A stretch of DNA of 64,000 nucleotides, from assembly GCA_026770705.1 (NCBI GenBank), contig JANJGN010000016.1, positions 86,862,001-86,926,000 of the forward strand. Reading direction: 5' to 3'. Each line of letters opens with the position of its first letter. Positions within the stretch are counted from its first letter, which is position 1. Source of the DNA: Isurus oxyrinchus (lineage: Eukaryota). This document shows positions 49,950 through 60,943 of this stretch, piece by piece. Both the position numbers and the translations under genes were made by a program. A model generated the notes under the pieces. It saw only the letters and a list, made by a program, of their open reading frames with translations. It was not told where the DNA came from and made no database searches.

Positions 49950-50935
49950 GCACACAGCAACACCTGGAAAATTGCCCAGGTATGTCCTGTACACAAAAAG
50001 CAGGACAAATCCAACCTGGCCAATTACCGCCCCATCAGTCTACTCTCCATCAACAGTAAAGTGATGTAAGGGGTCATCAACTGTGCTAACAAGTGGCACT
50101 TCCTCAGCAATAACCAGCTCACTAACGCCCAGTTTGGGTTCTGCCAGGGCCGCTCAGCTGCTGACCTCATTACAGCCTCAATTCAGACATGGACAGTGGA
50201 GCTGAACTCCCGAGGTGAGGAGAGAGTGACTGTCATAGACATCAAGGCCGCATTTGACTGAGTGTGGTGTCAAGGACCCGAGCAAAACTGGAGTCAGAGG
50301 GAATCGGGGGAAAACTCTTTGTGGGTTGGAGTCATACCTAGCAGAAAGGAAGATGGTTGTGGTTGTTGGAGGTCAGTCATCTCAGCTCCAGGACATCACT
50401 GCAGGAGTTCCTCAGGGTAGTGTCCTCAGCCCAACCATCTACAGCTGTTTCATCAATGACCTTCCTTCCATCATAAGGTCAGAAGTCAGTGTGTTCGCTG
50501 AAGATTGCATAATGTTCAGCACCTCAGATACTGGAGCAGTCCCTGTACAAATGCAGCAAGTCCTGGACAATATCCAGGCTTGGGCTGACAAGTGGCAAGT
50601 AACATACATGCCACACAAGTGCCAGGCAATGACCATTTCCAACAAGAGGGAACCCAACCATCGCCCCTTGATGTTCAATGGCATTACCATCACTGAATCC
50701 CCCACTATCAATGTCCTGGGGGTTACCATTGAGCAGAAACTGAAGTGGACTAGCCATATAAATACTGTGGCTACAAGAGCAGGTCAGAGGCTAGGAATCA
50801 TGTGACGAGTAACTCACCTCCTGACTCTCCAAAGCCTGTCCACCATCTACAAAGCACAAGTCAGGAATGTGTTGGAGTACTCTCCACTTGCCTGGATTAG
50901 TGCATCTCCAACAACACTGAAGAAGCTGGACACTG
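49950..50935 (+). mobile_element. CR1/L2-group LINE RT fragment
   Basis: WKIAQVCPVHKKQDKSNLANYRPISLLS, QFGF, DIKAAFD, GVPQGSVLSPTIYSCFINDL..VFAED..IQAWADKWQV; stops and frameshifts. Confidence 0.9.
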
Positions 50936-51210
50936 TATTTAAACTGCAGCCGTGCGCACACTTCTCAATGCTTGCAGCCCGGGGCTGCTCCGGTGAAGAC
51001 TTGGCCCCAAAAACCAAGCAGAGTGCAGCCCCCGATTCAGTGACACATTCCTGGGATGCCTTCTGGACACTGTGGAGGCCCATCCTGATGTCCTCTAACC
51101 CCGCTCTGGCCACAGGAGGGCCATTAGTTTCAGATTTTTGGCTGTCTCACCATATTATTCCCACTGCTCACCATGACACCTGACACCAATGGGGCCGGAA
51201 AATTCTGGCC
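50936..51210 (+). mobile_element. Second, internally deleted Harbinger-like fragment (Myb/SANT gene start plus right TIR)
   Basis: TATTTAAA, then APKTKQSAAP / RFSDTFLGCLLDTVEAHPDVL*PRSG, homologous to 34171-34280; ends GGAAAATTCTGGCC (51197-51210). Confidence 0.6.
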
Positions 51211-51214
51211 ATAG

Positions 51215-51525
51215 TGAGAGAGGAAATATTAATTGTTGAAAAATATTCTGAGGGAAATTTTAAACAGCTTTGAGAAAGATACGACTAAGGACAGTCAACA
51301 TGGACTTGTTAAGGGAAGGCCGTGTCTGACTAAGTTGCTTGAATTTTTTGAGGAGGTAACAAGGAGGGTTGATGAGGGGAGCGAGTTTGATGTGGTCTAT
51401 TAGGATTTTAGCAAGACTTCTGACAAGGTTCCACATGACAGACTGCTCAGAAAATTAAAAATTCATGGGATCCCAGGGAAAGGGGCAAGTTGTGTTTCAA
51501 ATTAATTGAGCGGGAGGAGGTAAAT
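51215..51525 (+). mobile_element. CR1 RT fragment
   Basis: DSQHGLVKGRPCLTKLLEFFEEVTRRVDEGSEFDVVY*DFSKTSDKVPHDRLLRKLKIHGI. Confidence 0.85.
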
Positions 51526-51814
51526 GTTTGATTTTAAGCTGGTTAAATCATATTGGGCTGTTACTTAGCCATTTGTAAAGAGGGTTACCACAAATTCAGC
51601 ACTGAAATGGTTAATAGTAAGAGTGTTTAAAGACTCAGTGTCCCTCTAAGACACTGTTAAGCTGTCAGGAAGCTCTGACTATTGATCAGCCTGTCCGGGG
51701 GAAACAGGTTCACATTAACAATCCTCAGATCACACACACATCGAGAGAACTTTATCCCAGAATGTTGGAGCACACTTGGATCAACCCACTTCAGAAAGGA
51801 TTCAGATTGGGTGT

Positions 51815-53280
51815 CATAGAATAAAATGATAGAAAGTTTCTGGCACAGAAAGAGACCACTCGGCCCATCACGTCTGTGCCACTGAAATATGAGCCGTCCG
51901 GCCGAATCCCACTTTCCAGCATTTGGTCTGTAGTCCTCCAGGTTAAGGCTCTTGAGGTTCGTATCCAGACACCTTTTAAATGGGTTGATGGTTCCTGCCT
52001 CTGTGACCCTTTCAGACCGTGAGTTCCAGAGCCTCATCTCCCATCTAAACTTTCTCCCAGTCACTATAAATATAACTAATGATTTATCCAGTTCCAGCAT
52101 AACCTCCTTGCGCTATACCTCGGCTAATGATTGAAAGGATTCCATGTTCCTACTTAACCACCTTATCGACCTGTTCTGCTACCTTCAGGTGTCTGGACAT
52201 TCACCCCAAGGTCCCTCACTTCCTCTACACCTCTCAGTATCTTCCCAATTATTGTTTATTCCTTTGCTTTGTTTGTCCTCCTCAGATGCATCACCTCACA
52301 CTTCTCTGGGGAGAATTCCATTTGCCACTTTTCTGTCCACCTGACCAGTCCATTGATATCTTCCTACAGCCTACAACAATCCTCCTTGTTATCTACCATG
52401 CAGCCAATTTTTGTGTCGCCTGTAAACTCCTTGATCAATCCCCTACATTTATGTCCAAATCATTAATATACACACAAAAAGCAGGGGACCTAGGCCTGAG
52501 CCTTGCATAACCACACTGGAAACAGCCTTCCAGTCACAAAAACACCATCAATAATTACCCTTTGTTCCTGGCCACTGAGCTAATTTTGTATCCAACAGGC
52601 CCCATTCCCCTGGACCCCATTGTCTTTTATTTTAAGAACCAGTCTGCCATGTGGAACCTTCTCAAAAACCTTGCTAAATTCCATGTAGATAACATCAACT
52701 ACACTACCCTCATCAATCCTCCTTGTTAGTTCCTCAAAAAAGATCAACAGATTAGTCAGACATGACTAATCCAAATCCATGCTGACTGTCCTGGATTAAT
52801 CTGTGCCTTTCTAAGTGATAGTTTATCCTGCCCATCAGAATTGATTCCAATTATTTGACCACCAACGAGGACACAATGACTGGCCTGTAATTATTTGGCT
52901 TAAACAAAGGTGCAACATTATCAGACCTCCAATCCTCCGGCACCTCACCTGTATCTAGTGAGGATTGGAAAATGAGGATCAGACCCTTCGCAATTTCCTC
53001 CCTGGTTTCTGATAACAGCCTGGGGCACATTTCACTCTCAAGGATGCTAATCCCCCTCCTACTTCCTCTCTCCCTATGTTTATCACATCCAATATTTCAC
53101 ACTCCTCCTCCATAACAACAATGTCTAATTGTTCCCTTTCTTTTGTGAAGACAGACACAAAGTATTCATTCAGAACCATACCCACATCCTCCCCCTCCTC
53201 ACATAGGTTACCTTTTTGGTCTTTTATGGGACCTACTCATCCCTTAGTTATCCTCTTACTCTAAATGTATTGGGAAAAAA
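51815..53280 (-). mobile_element. CR1 LINE, internally deleted 3' portion
   Basis: VLNEYFVSVFTKE, QHGF/TNLL, YRPNAGKWD and 3' tail GATGGGCCGAGTGGTCTCTTTCTGTGC...TTCTAT. Confidence 0.85.
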
Positions 53281-53446
53281 GCTTTGGGTGTTGAAGGTTC
53301 TAGATTTCATTTCAAACCTTGCCAGCCAGCACTGGGGTGATGTTAATGGTGAGGCTTCAATTAGTCTCAGAGTCTGGGGGTCAGACAGGGTCAGTGCGAG
53401 GTCAATGGCACCTCACAGGGTCAGCATCAGGAATCTCCAACTTCAA

Positions 53447-53845
53447 AGAAAGGCTTGCATTTCAATGGCACCTATAACCAACTCAGGATGTCCCAGATTG
53501 TTCCACAGCCAACTGTGCACAGCAAGATCCCAGATAGCGGATTGACAATGACCAGATAATCAGATGTGTAGTGATGCAGATTGAGGGATCAATATTGTCC
53601 AGGAAATCCGGGGGAACTCTCCTGCTCTTCTTCTCACAGCGCCGTGGGATATTTGACATCCCCCTGAGAGGGCAGACCTCAGTTTGTCTCATCTGAAAGA
53701 CGGCTCCTCTGACAGTGCTGCCCTCCCTCAATACTGCACTGGAGTCTCAGCCTGGATTATGTGCTCAAGTCTCTGGAATGGGATTTGAACCCACAACATT
53801 GTGATTCTGAGGGAAGAGTGCTACCCATTGAGGCACGGCCGACAC
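53447..53845 (-). mobile_element. tRNA-headed Deu-domain SINE (SacSINE1-like) in the J-C intron
   Basis: Minus strand: head with B-box GGTTCAAATCC, then GCACTGTCAGAGGAGCCGTCTTTCAGATGAGAC (Deu-domain-like, recognised from memory) and TGCAAGCCTTTCTTT tail. Confidence 0.7.
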
Positions 53846-54552
53846 ATCACGGTCCAATAGCCAGTCACGTTCACCCTCCTGCCTCACACTTGGCGGAATG
53901 AGCCCACTTGGGGAAGGTGGAGCTGTTCCCCAGTCAGAGACAGTGTCTTCAGGAGAGAGATGGAGAGCAGATTCCGGGAGGTCTGGAGTGTAGAGGGTGA
54001 CATTTAAACATTCGGGGGAAACGGAGAGTCTCCCCGAAACCCTGGAACACTGAAGCCACTGGATTGTGGGCCCTGCTCTACCTGTTTGTCATCAGAAATT
54101 TGCCAAGAGATAACCAGGGAGTGGAGAGAGCAGAGTTCAAGCTGGGGGAGGTGGGACCTCGGTGTCTCACTGTGCTGGTGCTGTGATCAGTTATATCAGA
54201 GACTGTGAGAGGGAGCCGGAGCTCATATCAAACTCTGCCCGTGTCTGTCACACTGAGACTGACAGGAGTCTAGTGAGTGATTTCACTCCATGGTGCAGCA
54301 ATGTCAGCACAGTCTGCAAACGTCCAGATCTCCTCTAGACGGTGGGTAAAAGTTGGTTATTTCTATCTTGCTGCTTAAAGGGGGGAATGTAATGAAAGAA
54401 ATACAGCTGGGCACCCTGTTATACACAGTGTTGTTCGCTGAACCATTTCATTCACTGCAGCTCCTCACTAACACCTTCAACTATTCAGCATTAGTGTTTG
54501 AGAAAGTTTCAGTATTGAAAAGGTTAATAAGGGAGGATTGGGGTCTACTTAC

Positions 54553-54587
54553 TCAGTCTGAGTTTGGTTCCTTTACCGAACGTAACC
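54553..54587 (-). CDS. IGKJ: Ig kappa J segment (VTFGKGTKLRL)
   Basis: G GTT ACG TTC GGT AAA GGA ACC AAA CTC AGA CTG A|GTAAGT; FGxG motif; phase-1 donor matches the C acceptor. Confidence 0.96.
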
Positions 54588-54626
54588 CACACTGAGAGAT
54601 TCCAGTGCAGGGGCTGTACAAAAACC
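54588..54626 (+). promoter_or_regulatory. J recombination signal sequence, 23-bp spacer
   Basis: Heptamer CACACTG 54588-54594, 23-nt spacer 54595-54617, nonamer ACAAAAACC 54618-54626. Confidence 0.96.
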
Positions 54627-54640
54627 TCAGCTCTCTGCTT

Positions 54641-54935
54641 CACTCAGTCACTCTCACCCTCTCTCTGTATCCCACTCACACTCACCTTTAATTCACTCAC
54701 CCTCTCTCTGTCTCTCACTCACACTCACCTTTAACTCACTCTCACCCTCTCTCTGTCTCTCACTCACACTCACCTTTAACTCACTCTCACCATCTCTCTG
54801 TCTCTCACTCACACTCACCTTTAACTCACTCTCACCCTCTCTCTGTCTCTCACTCACACTCACCTTTAACTCACTCTCACCCTCTCTCTGTCTCTCACTC
54901 ACACTCACCTTTAACTCTCGCTCTTTTCCTCTCTC
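54641..54935. repeat. 45-bp CT/CA-rich tandem repeat (about 6 copies) in V-J spacer
   Basis: CACTCACACTCACCTTTAA at 54672, 54716, 54761, 54806, 54851, 54896. Confidence 0.95.
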
Positions 54936-55044
54936 TGCTTCTCAATGTCTTTGTTTTGTTCCAAGAGTTGAGAGTCCTGATTTTATTTGATAAATCTTTC
55001 AGCTGCTCTTCATATGTGGACATGGAGGGTAAGAGGTAAAGTGA

Positions 55045-55289
55045 CCATCATTATATATTATAAATAATTGTGGGATATGTCAGTACAGGAGGTGGGACTG
55101 TGTGTCCATTATTATATATTCTATATAACTGTGGGATGTGTCAGTACAGGAGGTGGGACTGTGTGTCCATTATTATATATTATATATAACTGTGGGATGT
55201 GTCAGTACAGGAGGTGGGACTGTGTGTCCATTATTATATATTCTATATAACTGTGGGATGTGTCAGTACAGGAGGTGGTGCTGTGTGTA
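55045..55289. repeat. 61-bp tandem repeat (4 copies) in V-J spacer
   Basis: CCATTATTATATATT..ACTGTGGGATGTGTCAGTACAGGAGGTGGGACTGTGTGT; starts 55045, 55106, 55167, 55228. Confidence 0.95.
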
Positions 55290-55293
55290 TTGA

Positions 55294-55321
55294 GGTTTTT
55301 GTCAGGCTCTGTATCACTGTG
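55294..55321 (-). promoter_or_regulatory. V recombination signal sequence, 12-bp spacer (perfect consensus)
   Basis: CACAGTG 55321-55315, 12-nt spacer, ACAAAAACC 55302-55294. The V12/J23 arrangement is kappa-type. Confidence 0.97.
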
Positions 55322-55616
55322 GAGGGCCAGCTGTAATCTTGCTGACAGTAATAATCAGCGACATCCTCATTCTGTACATTGCTGATTGTCAGGGTGAATT
55401 GAGTGCCAGATCCACTGCCGGTGAATCGCTCGGATGTTCCTGTGAATCGAGTTGTTGCATCATAGATCAGGAGAGTGGGTTTCTGTCCTTCTCGCTGCTG
55501 GTACCAACTCAGTTCATTACTAACAGACTGACTGGCCGTACAGGTGATGGTGGCGGTCTGGCCCAGGCTCACTGACACCAGGGGAGGCTGTTTCATGGTG
55601 ATGTCCCCACTGATAC
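55322..55616 (-). CDS. IGKV: Ig kappa V exon (unrearranged)
   Basis: Acceptor TTACCCCTCAG|GT. Reads (G)[97 protein letters not shown]. Open frame; a blunt V-J join (TC+G) would be in frame. Confidence 0.97.
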
Positions 55617-55802
55617 CTGAGGGGTAATAGAGAAACAGAGTGAAGTAAGAACTGTCACACAAAGAGCCTGTAAAATGAGATATTGTTAGAGACAGTGACC
55701 GTTCCTCTGCTTTCAGCATTTTCCCTTCAATCACAAGTCAGTCGAATTGGATGGAAATGGAGAGCAGGAAAATATTCACAGTGGAAGGAGAGAGATTTGT
55801 AC

Positions 55803-55851
55803 CTGCGATGCAGAATGCCAGCGGCCAGATCAGCTGGATGGCTGAAATCAT
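55803..55851 (-). CDS. Ig light-chain leader exon (MISAIQLIWPLAFCIA)
   Basis: ACC ATG ATT..., 49 nt, hydrophobic, donor GCAG|GTACAA in phase 1; 186-bp intron to the V exon. Confidence 0.92.
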
Positions 55852-55910
55852 GGTGTCTGCTCCTGTCCCTGTGCCTGGTCACTGATAAACTCTCCCTTCA
55901 CTGGGCTCAG

Positions 55911-55965
55911 CTTTATACAGCTGCAGCCTGTCAGAGTCTCACTGGCTGTTCCTCAGTATGTAAAT
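55911..55965 (-). promoter_or_regulatory. V promoter: TATA box, E-box and variant octamer
   Basis: TATAAAG 55917-55911, CAGCTG 55923-55918, ATTTACAT 55965-55958 (one mismatch to ATTTGCAT, light-chain orientation). Confidence 0.75.
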
Positions 55966-56053
55966 GGTATCACCCAGAGAGAACCACGTCAGCACCTTTC
56001 ACTTCCTCTTCAACTCTCTCGCTCTGCCTCTCTATCCCTCCCTCTGTCTGTCT

Positions 56054-56219
56054 NNNNNNNNNNNNNNNNNNNNNNNNNNNNNNNNNNNNNNNNNNNNNNN
56101 NNNNNNNNNNNNNNNNNNNNNNNNNNNNNNNNNNNNNNNNNNNNNNNNNNNNNNNNNNNNNNNNNNNNNNNNNNNNNNNNNNNNNNNNNNNNNNNNNNNN
56201 NNNNNNNNNNNNNNNNNNN
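56054..56219. other. Assembly gap (166 N) within a CT-rich simple repeat upstream of the V promoter
   Basis: Run of N. Confidence 1.
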
Positions 56220-56892
56220 CCCTCACCACCTTTTCCATCTCTCTCTGCCTCCCCATCTCTCTCTCCCACCCTCCATTGTTCTGGAATTCTCTAACTGACT
56301 CTATAACAGGCGTTATTACTGGAGGTTGGAACACTTTGAGTCCTGGTGCAGCAGTTAAATGTTCCCTCTCTCTCTCGCTCAGTCTCACAGTCTCCACCTC
56401 GCTCTCTCTTTCCCACAGTCTCCCAGGGGGAACGCAGTGAAATGAAGGGTAAAACTCCCTCTGCTCTGCCCCACCAATGGATGTGAACCCTTGACCCCAG
56501 AAGCATGTCTTCTCCTGGAGTAAGGCCCCAATCCCCACACTGACCATGCTTTGGCCTCTCTCAGTCAGACTGACAGATTATTGTCAAATTAAGGGCAGTT
56601 CTGTGCTGTTGGCCAATTCTCACTGGGGACTGGTTTGTAAACAAACCTCATTTCATGAAGGCCCAGCAGAGAGAGGAGACCCTCACCCCATCAGTGTGAG
56701 CTGGAGGGACAGGGCAGAGTCTGACCCACTGAGCCATCCTGTCCATTCAGAACCATGTTCGAATCCCTTCCCCTCTCCCTCCCTTTCCATGGTCAGGCTC
56801 CGGGTCAGTGTGTTTTACTGGGATGAGGGGTGGACGATCACACATTTACAACAGAAAGGAACTGTCCTCCACATCGACCATGGTGTCCATGT

Positions 56893-56998
56893 CCCACTGG
56901 ACCCTCCAATAGGGAACAGGAAACATGGGCCTCCTTCCCACTGGAACCTCCAATAGGGACCAGTAAACATGGGCCTCCTGACTGCTGGACCTCCAGTG
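56893..56998. repeat. Short tandem repeat of about 44 bp (2.5 copies)
   Basis: CCCACTGGA(C/A)CCTCCAATAGGGA..AG.AAACATGGGCCTCCT repeated. Confidence 0.8.
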
Positions 56999-56999
56999 G

Positions 57000-57735
57000 C
57001 TGAGTTTCAAACTGAGTTTCATCGTCTCCATCACGGCTGCTGGACAATCTTAATGGGAGAGGGTGAATTGCCAGAGTTTGTGGTTCACATTGTTTCCAAT
57101 GACATTGTTCAAAAGAGGGATGAGGCACTGAAAGCAAATTTCACAGAGCTAAGTGAGTCATTAAAAAGCAGGAGTTCAGAGGGAGTAATCTCCCGGTTAG
57201 TGCCAGTGCCATGAGCTAGTGAGCAAAGAGAAAGGAGGCTGGAGCTGATGAGTACGTGGCTGGAGAGACAGTGTAGGAGGGATGGGTTCAGTTTCCTGGG
57301 ACATTGGGACTGGTTCTACAGGAGGTGGGACCTGTACAAGCCGGATGGTTTGCACCTCAGTGGGCCTGGGTCCAATATCCTTGGGGGAGGTTTGCTCGTG
57401 CTGTTGGGGGGTTTAAACTCGTTTGGCAGGGGGATGGGAACCTGAGGGTCGACTCAGATGGGGCAACATCAGAGCTGTAATGGAGGGCAGAAAATCAGAG
57501 TGAGTCTGGAAGACAGAGGAAACAAAAGATAGAAAATAACAAAGAGAGTTGGACTTGCGACATACGACATACAGAGGAGCTGAGGGCACAGATAGCAGTG
57601 TGATATTATAGCGATTACAGAAACATGACTGAAAGAGGGACAGGAATAGCAGCTCAACATTCCTGGTTACAGGATTTTCAGGTGTTTAAAAAGGGAGCGA
57701 GGGATAGACCGAATAATTACAGACCAGTCAGTCCA
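57000..57735 (+). mobile_element. CR1 LINE 5' part: ORF1 SGNH-esterase-like domain and ORF2 remnants
   Basis: GEGELPEFVVHIVSNDI..LKSRSSEGVISRLVPVP; WLERQCRRDGFSFLGHWD..DLYKPDGLHL. Confidence 0.85.
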
Positions 57736-57984
57736 TAGTGACTGTAGTCTTAGGGAATGTAGTGACTGTAGCTTTAAGACTTATTGTGCTGTGTAGTATC
57801 ATGTGACAGTGTGAATGAATCAGTCTGAGCGCGGGGAACCTTAGTGGGACAGGGGGTGGGGAGGTGGTAATTTTTTGTGTTTAGTTGTGGATGTGATGGA
57901 AAAGTGTAACGGCTGCTGAAGCCCTGCAAATAAAGTTCACTCTTTCTTATGAGAAACCTGTCTGGAAAATCAAGTCTGTAAACA

Positions 57985-58501
57985 GCCTGAGCTCAGTCGT
58001 AGGCAAATAATTGGAATAAATTCTGTAGACAGGATAAACTGGCACTTAGAAAGGCAGTGATTAACCAAGGACATCAGCATGGATTTGATGAGGGAAGGTC
58101 ATGCCTGAATAATCTGTTGAATTTTTTGAGGAAGCAACAAGGAGGATTGATGAGGGTAGAGTAGTCACTGTGGTCTACATGGATTTAAACAAGGTTGTTG
58201 AAATATAAGAGCATGGGGCTTATTCTGGAACTGTATAAATCATTAGTTAAATTTATAGTGATTGGGAGAAAGATTAGGTGGGAGATGAAGCTCTGGAAAT
58301 CACGGCCTGAAAGGATCACAGAGGCAGGAACACTCAAACCATTTAAAAGGTGTCTGGATATGAACCTCAAGAGCCTTAACCTGGAGGACTACAGACCAAA
58401 TGCTGGAAAGTGGGATTCGGCCAGACGGCTCGTATTTCAGTGGCACAGACATGATGGGCCGAGTGGTCTCTTTCTGTGCCAGAAACTTTCTATGATTTTA
58501 T
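57985..58501 (+). mobile_element. CR1 LINE internally deleted 3' portion
   Basis: HQHGFDEGRSCLNNLLNFFEEATRRIDEG..VVYMDL, followed by a 3' segment nearly identical to 52101-51821. Confidence 0.85.
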
Positions 58502-59749
58502 GTGGGCATCTCATTTCCATCCCCACAATATTGTCTGTCTCAACACTACATCAGCCCCTAGACCACAGAAACCCTTTTCCCTGCTTGTCTTGCCTCCTGA
58601 CTGCATTATTCTAATGTCCTCTCCTGGCTTCTTTCATCCACACTCCATAACCCCCAAATTGCCCAAAGTGCAGAGTTCCATACACTGTCCCACACCAAGT
58701 GTCGTTCCAGCACTAGCACTGACATCACTGACCTGCCTGGCCTCACTGACCTGTTACCCATGTACTCACTGACCTGTTACCCCTCACCTTATTGACCTGC
58801 TCCACTATGGGGACAGAGAGGGGGAGTGGGTCTCACTGGGTAACTCACAGACAGGATGGGCTGAATGGCCTCCTTCTGTGCTGTAAGATTCTAGGTAGTG
58901 GACACGGTTCACAGTTTTCTCCCGTGTCAGTAACAAACATCCAGCTGCTCTGAGCTCCTTCTTTCACTTCCTCTCTTGGTTACGTTTCAGTCTTGCGATC
59001 GGACAGTCTTTGCAGTTATTTTTTACACTGGGGGTTTCTGCTGTGGTCTGAATCTGTAATAATAACTGTCCGATCAGTGAAAAGAACAGCAGCTAAGAGC
59101 AGTCAGGACTGAGGAGGCAGGCTCACTGGGAAACACATTGGGAAGATCAAAGCCATCGTCTTCAGCTCCCGATACAAACTCCATCCCTCTCCCTGAGCAC
59201 TGTTTGCTGCTGAACCAGACTCTTCACAACCTTGGCCTCATCTTTCACCCCGATCTGACCCCCCAAATCCTCCACATCACAAAGATCAGCCACTTGCCCC
59301 GATAACTGGAATGTGCTGACTACACAGAAGGAGAGGTTTAACAAACAGGGAGGAGAAGAGTCAAAGACTTGGGGAGAGTAGAGACGGATGAGGGAAGGGA
59401 CAGATAGGTGACTGACACAATTCAATGCAGAGGAGTTTGAGATGATGGGTTTGAGGGGGAAAAGTAGTGAAAAGATGGTGAAGGATGTGTAGAAGCAGAG
59501 AGAGCTTGGCTCCAATTCCATCATTCCCTGAAAGTGGAAGTGCAGATTGATAAAGCCTTGAATTAAAATGATCAACAGCGTTAGGAATGGACAAACTACA
59601 GAGAGTAGAAATGGGAAATCCAAACAGAGAATTCACTAACCATTCAGCAGCCTGTGGGGAATGAAAGTGTGGGTTGTAGTTCAAACTGCAGTTAATAAAC
59701 AGGTGAATCTGTGGAGAATACAGGACGATGGGGAAAGAGCAGGGGAGTG

Positions 59750-60720
59750 GGATTAGGAATATAGGAACAGGAGGAGGCCATTCAGCCCCTCGAGCCTGTC
59801 CCACCATTCAGTTAGATCATGGCTGATCTGTATCTTAACTCCATTTCTCCAGCTTGCCCCATAACCCTCAATCCCCTTGTGTAAGAAAAACCTAACAAGC
59901 TCAGGTTTAACATTTTCATGTGACCGCCCTCTCCCAGCCCCAACAGCATTTTTTCTCAGGGGGAGAGAGTTCCAGATTTCCACTCCCCTTCCAGTGAAGA
60001 ATTGCTTCCTGACATCACCCCTGAACGGCCGAGCTCGAATTTGAAGATTCTGCCCCCTCGTTCTCGACTCCCCCACCAGAGGACATGGTTTCTCTCCGTC
60101 TACACTAATCAGATTGAGTCTTTATTCATCTTAAACACCTCAATTAGATCTCAGTTCAAGACAATACAAGCTGAGTTTATACAATCTGTCCAGACAACTT
60201 AACCCTTTTAACCCCGGGATCATTCAGGTGAATCTGAGCTGTGCCCTCTCCATGGTCAATATATCCTTCCTGAGGTGCGGTGCCCACAACTGATAAATAT
60301 TGTGGAAAGCTGAGGCTCCAGCACAGATCCCTGGGGACATCACTATTCACATCTTGCTCATTGGAGCACATACACATTATCCCTACTCTCTGTCTCCTGC
60401 CTCCTAACCAGTTCCTTATCCATGGCAACAGGTTTCCTCAAATTCCATCTGCTTCCATTTTTATTCACAGTCTCTCATGTTGAATTTTCTCGAATGTCTT
60501 CTGGAAATCCATATCAATCACTTCCATATACATTCCCGAATCTACCACATTAGTGACCTCCTTAAAAAATGTAACCAGGTTAGTTAAAGATATCTGATCC
60601 TTTTTAAATCCATGCTGACTCTCTCTGATCAGTTCATATTTATCACTCACTCTGTCTCTAATAACAGGTTCCAGTCACTTCCCCATTACAGACATTAAAC
60701 TGAGAGGTTAGTTCTGAATG
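59750..60720 (-). mobile_element. CR1 LINE 3' fragments
   Basis: GESRTRGQNLQIRARPFRGDVRKQFFTGRGVEIWNSLP; ESQHGF..LTNLVTFFKEVT..MDFQKTFEK; WIRNWLGGRRQRV. Confidence 0.88.
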
Positions 60721-60943
60721 ATCTGAGTGCACAGCTAGCACAGACACAAGGGGCTGAATGGCCTCCTCCTGTGCTAGAGGCTTATCAGGCTCCTTGACTG
60801 AAACATATGGATGGGAACAGGAGGTGGGCTGGAGCTTAAACAATGAGTTAAATGTAGACAGAGTGTCATTAGTGGGTAATGTACAGTGTACATTGTGTCC
60901 ATGAGCCTCTCGAAAAGATGTCTTTCTCTTTTTCCCTTTTCAG

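Noticed and set aside
54424-54430. CACAGTG in J-C intron (also 55777-55783 and 32709-32715) as extra RSS
   Set aside because: No nonamer at 12 or 23 bp spacing.
55243-55734. 163-aa ORF as a single-exon or germline-joined VJ gene
   Set aside because: N-terminus is leader-intron read-through and the C-terminus runs through an intact RSS; V and J are separate.
55683-56547. ORFs spanning the N gap
   Set aside because: Length inflated by Ns.
58978-58990. GGTTACGTTTC resembling the J start
   Set aside because: No FGxG continuation and no RSS.
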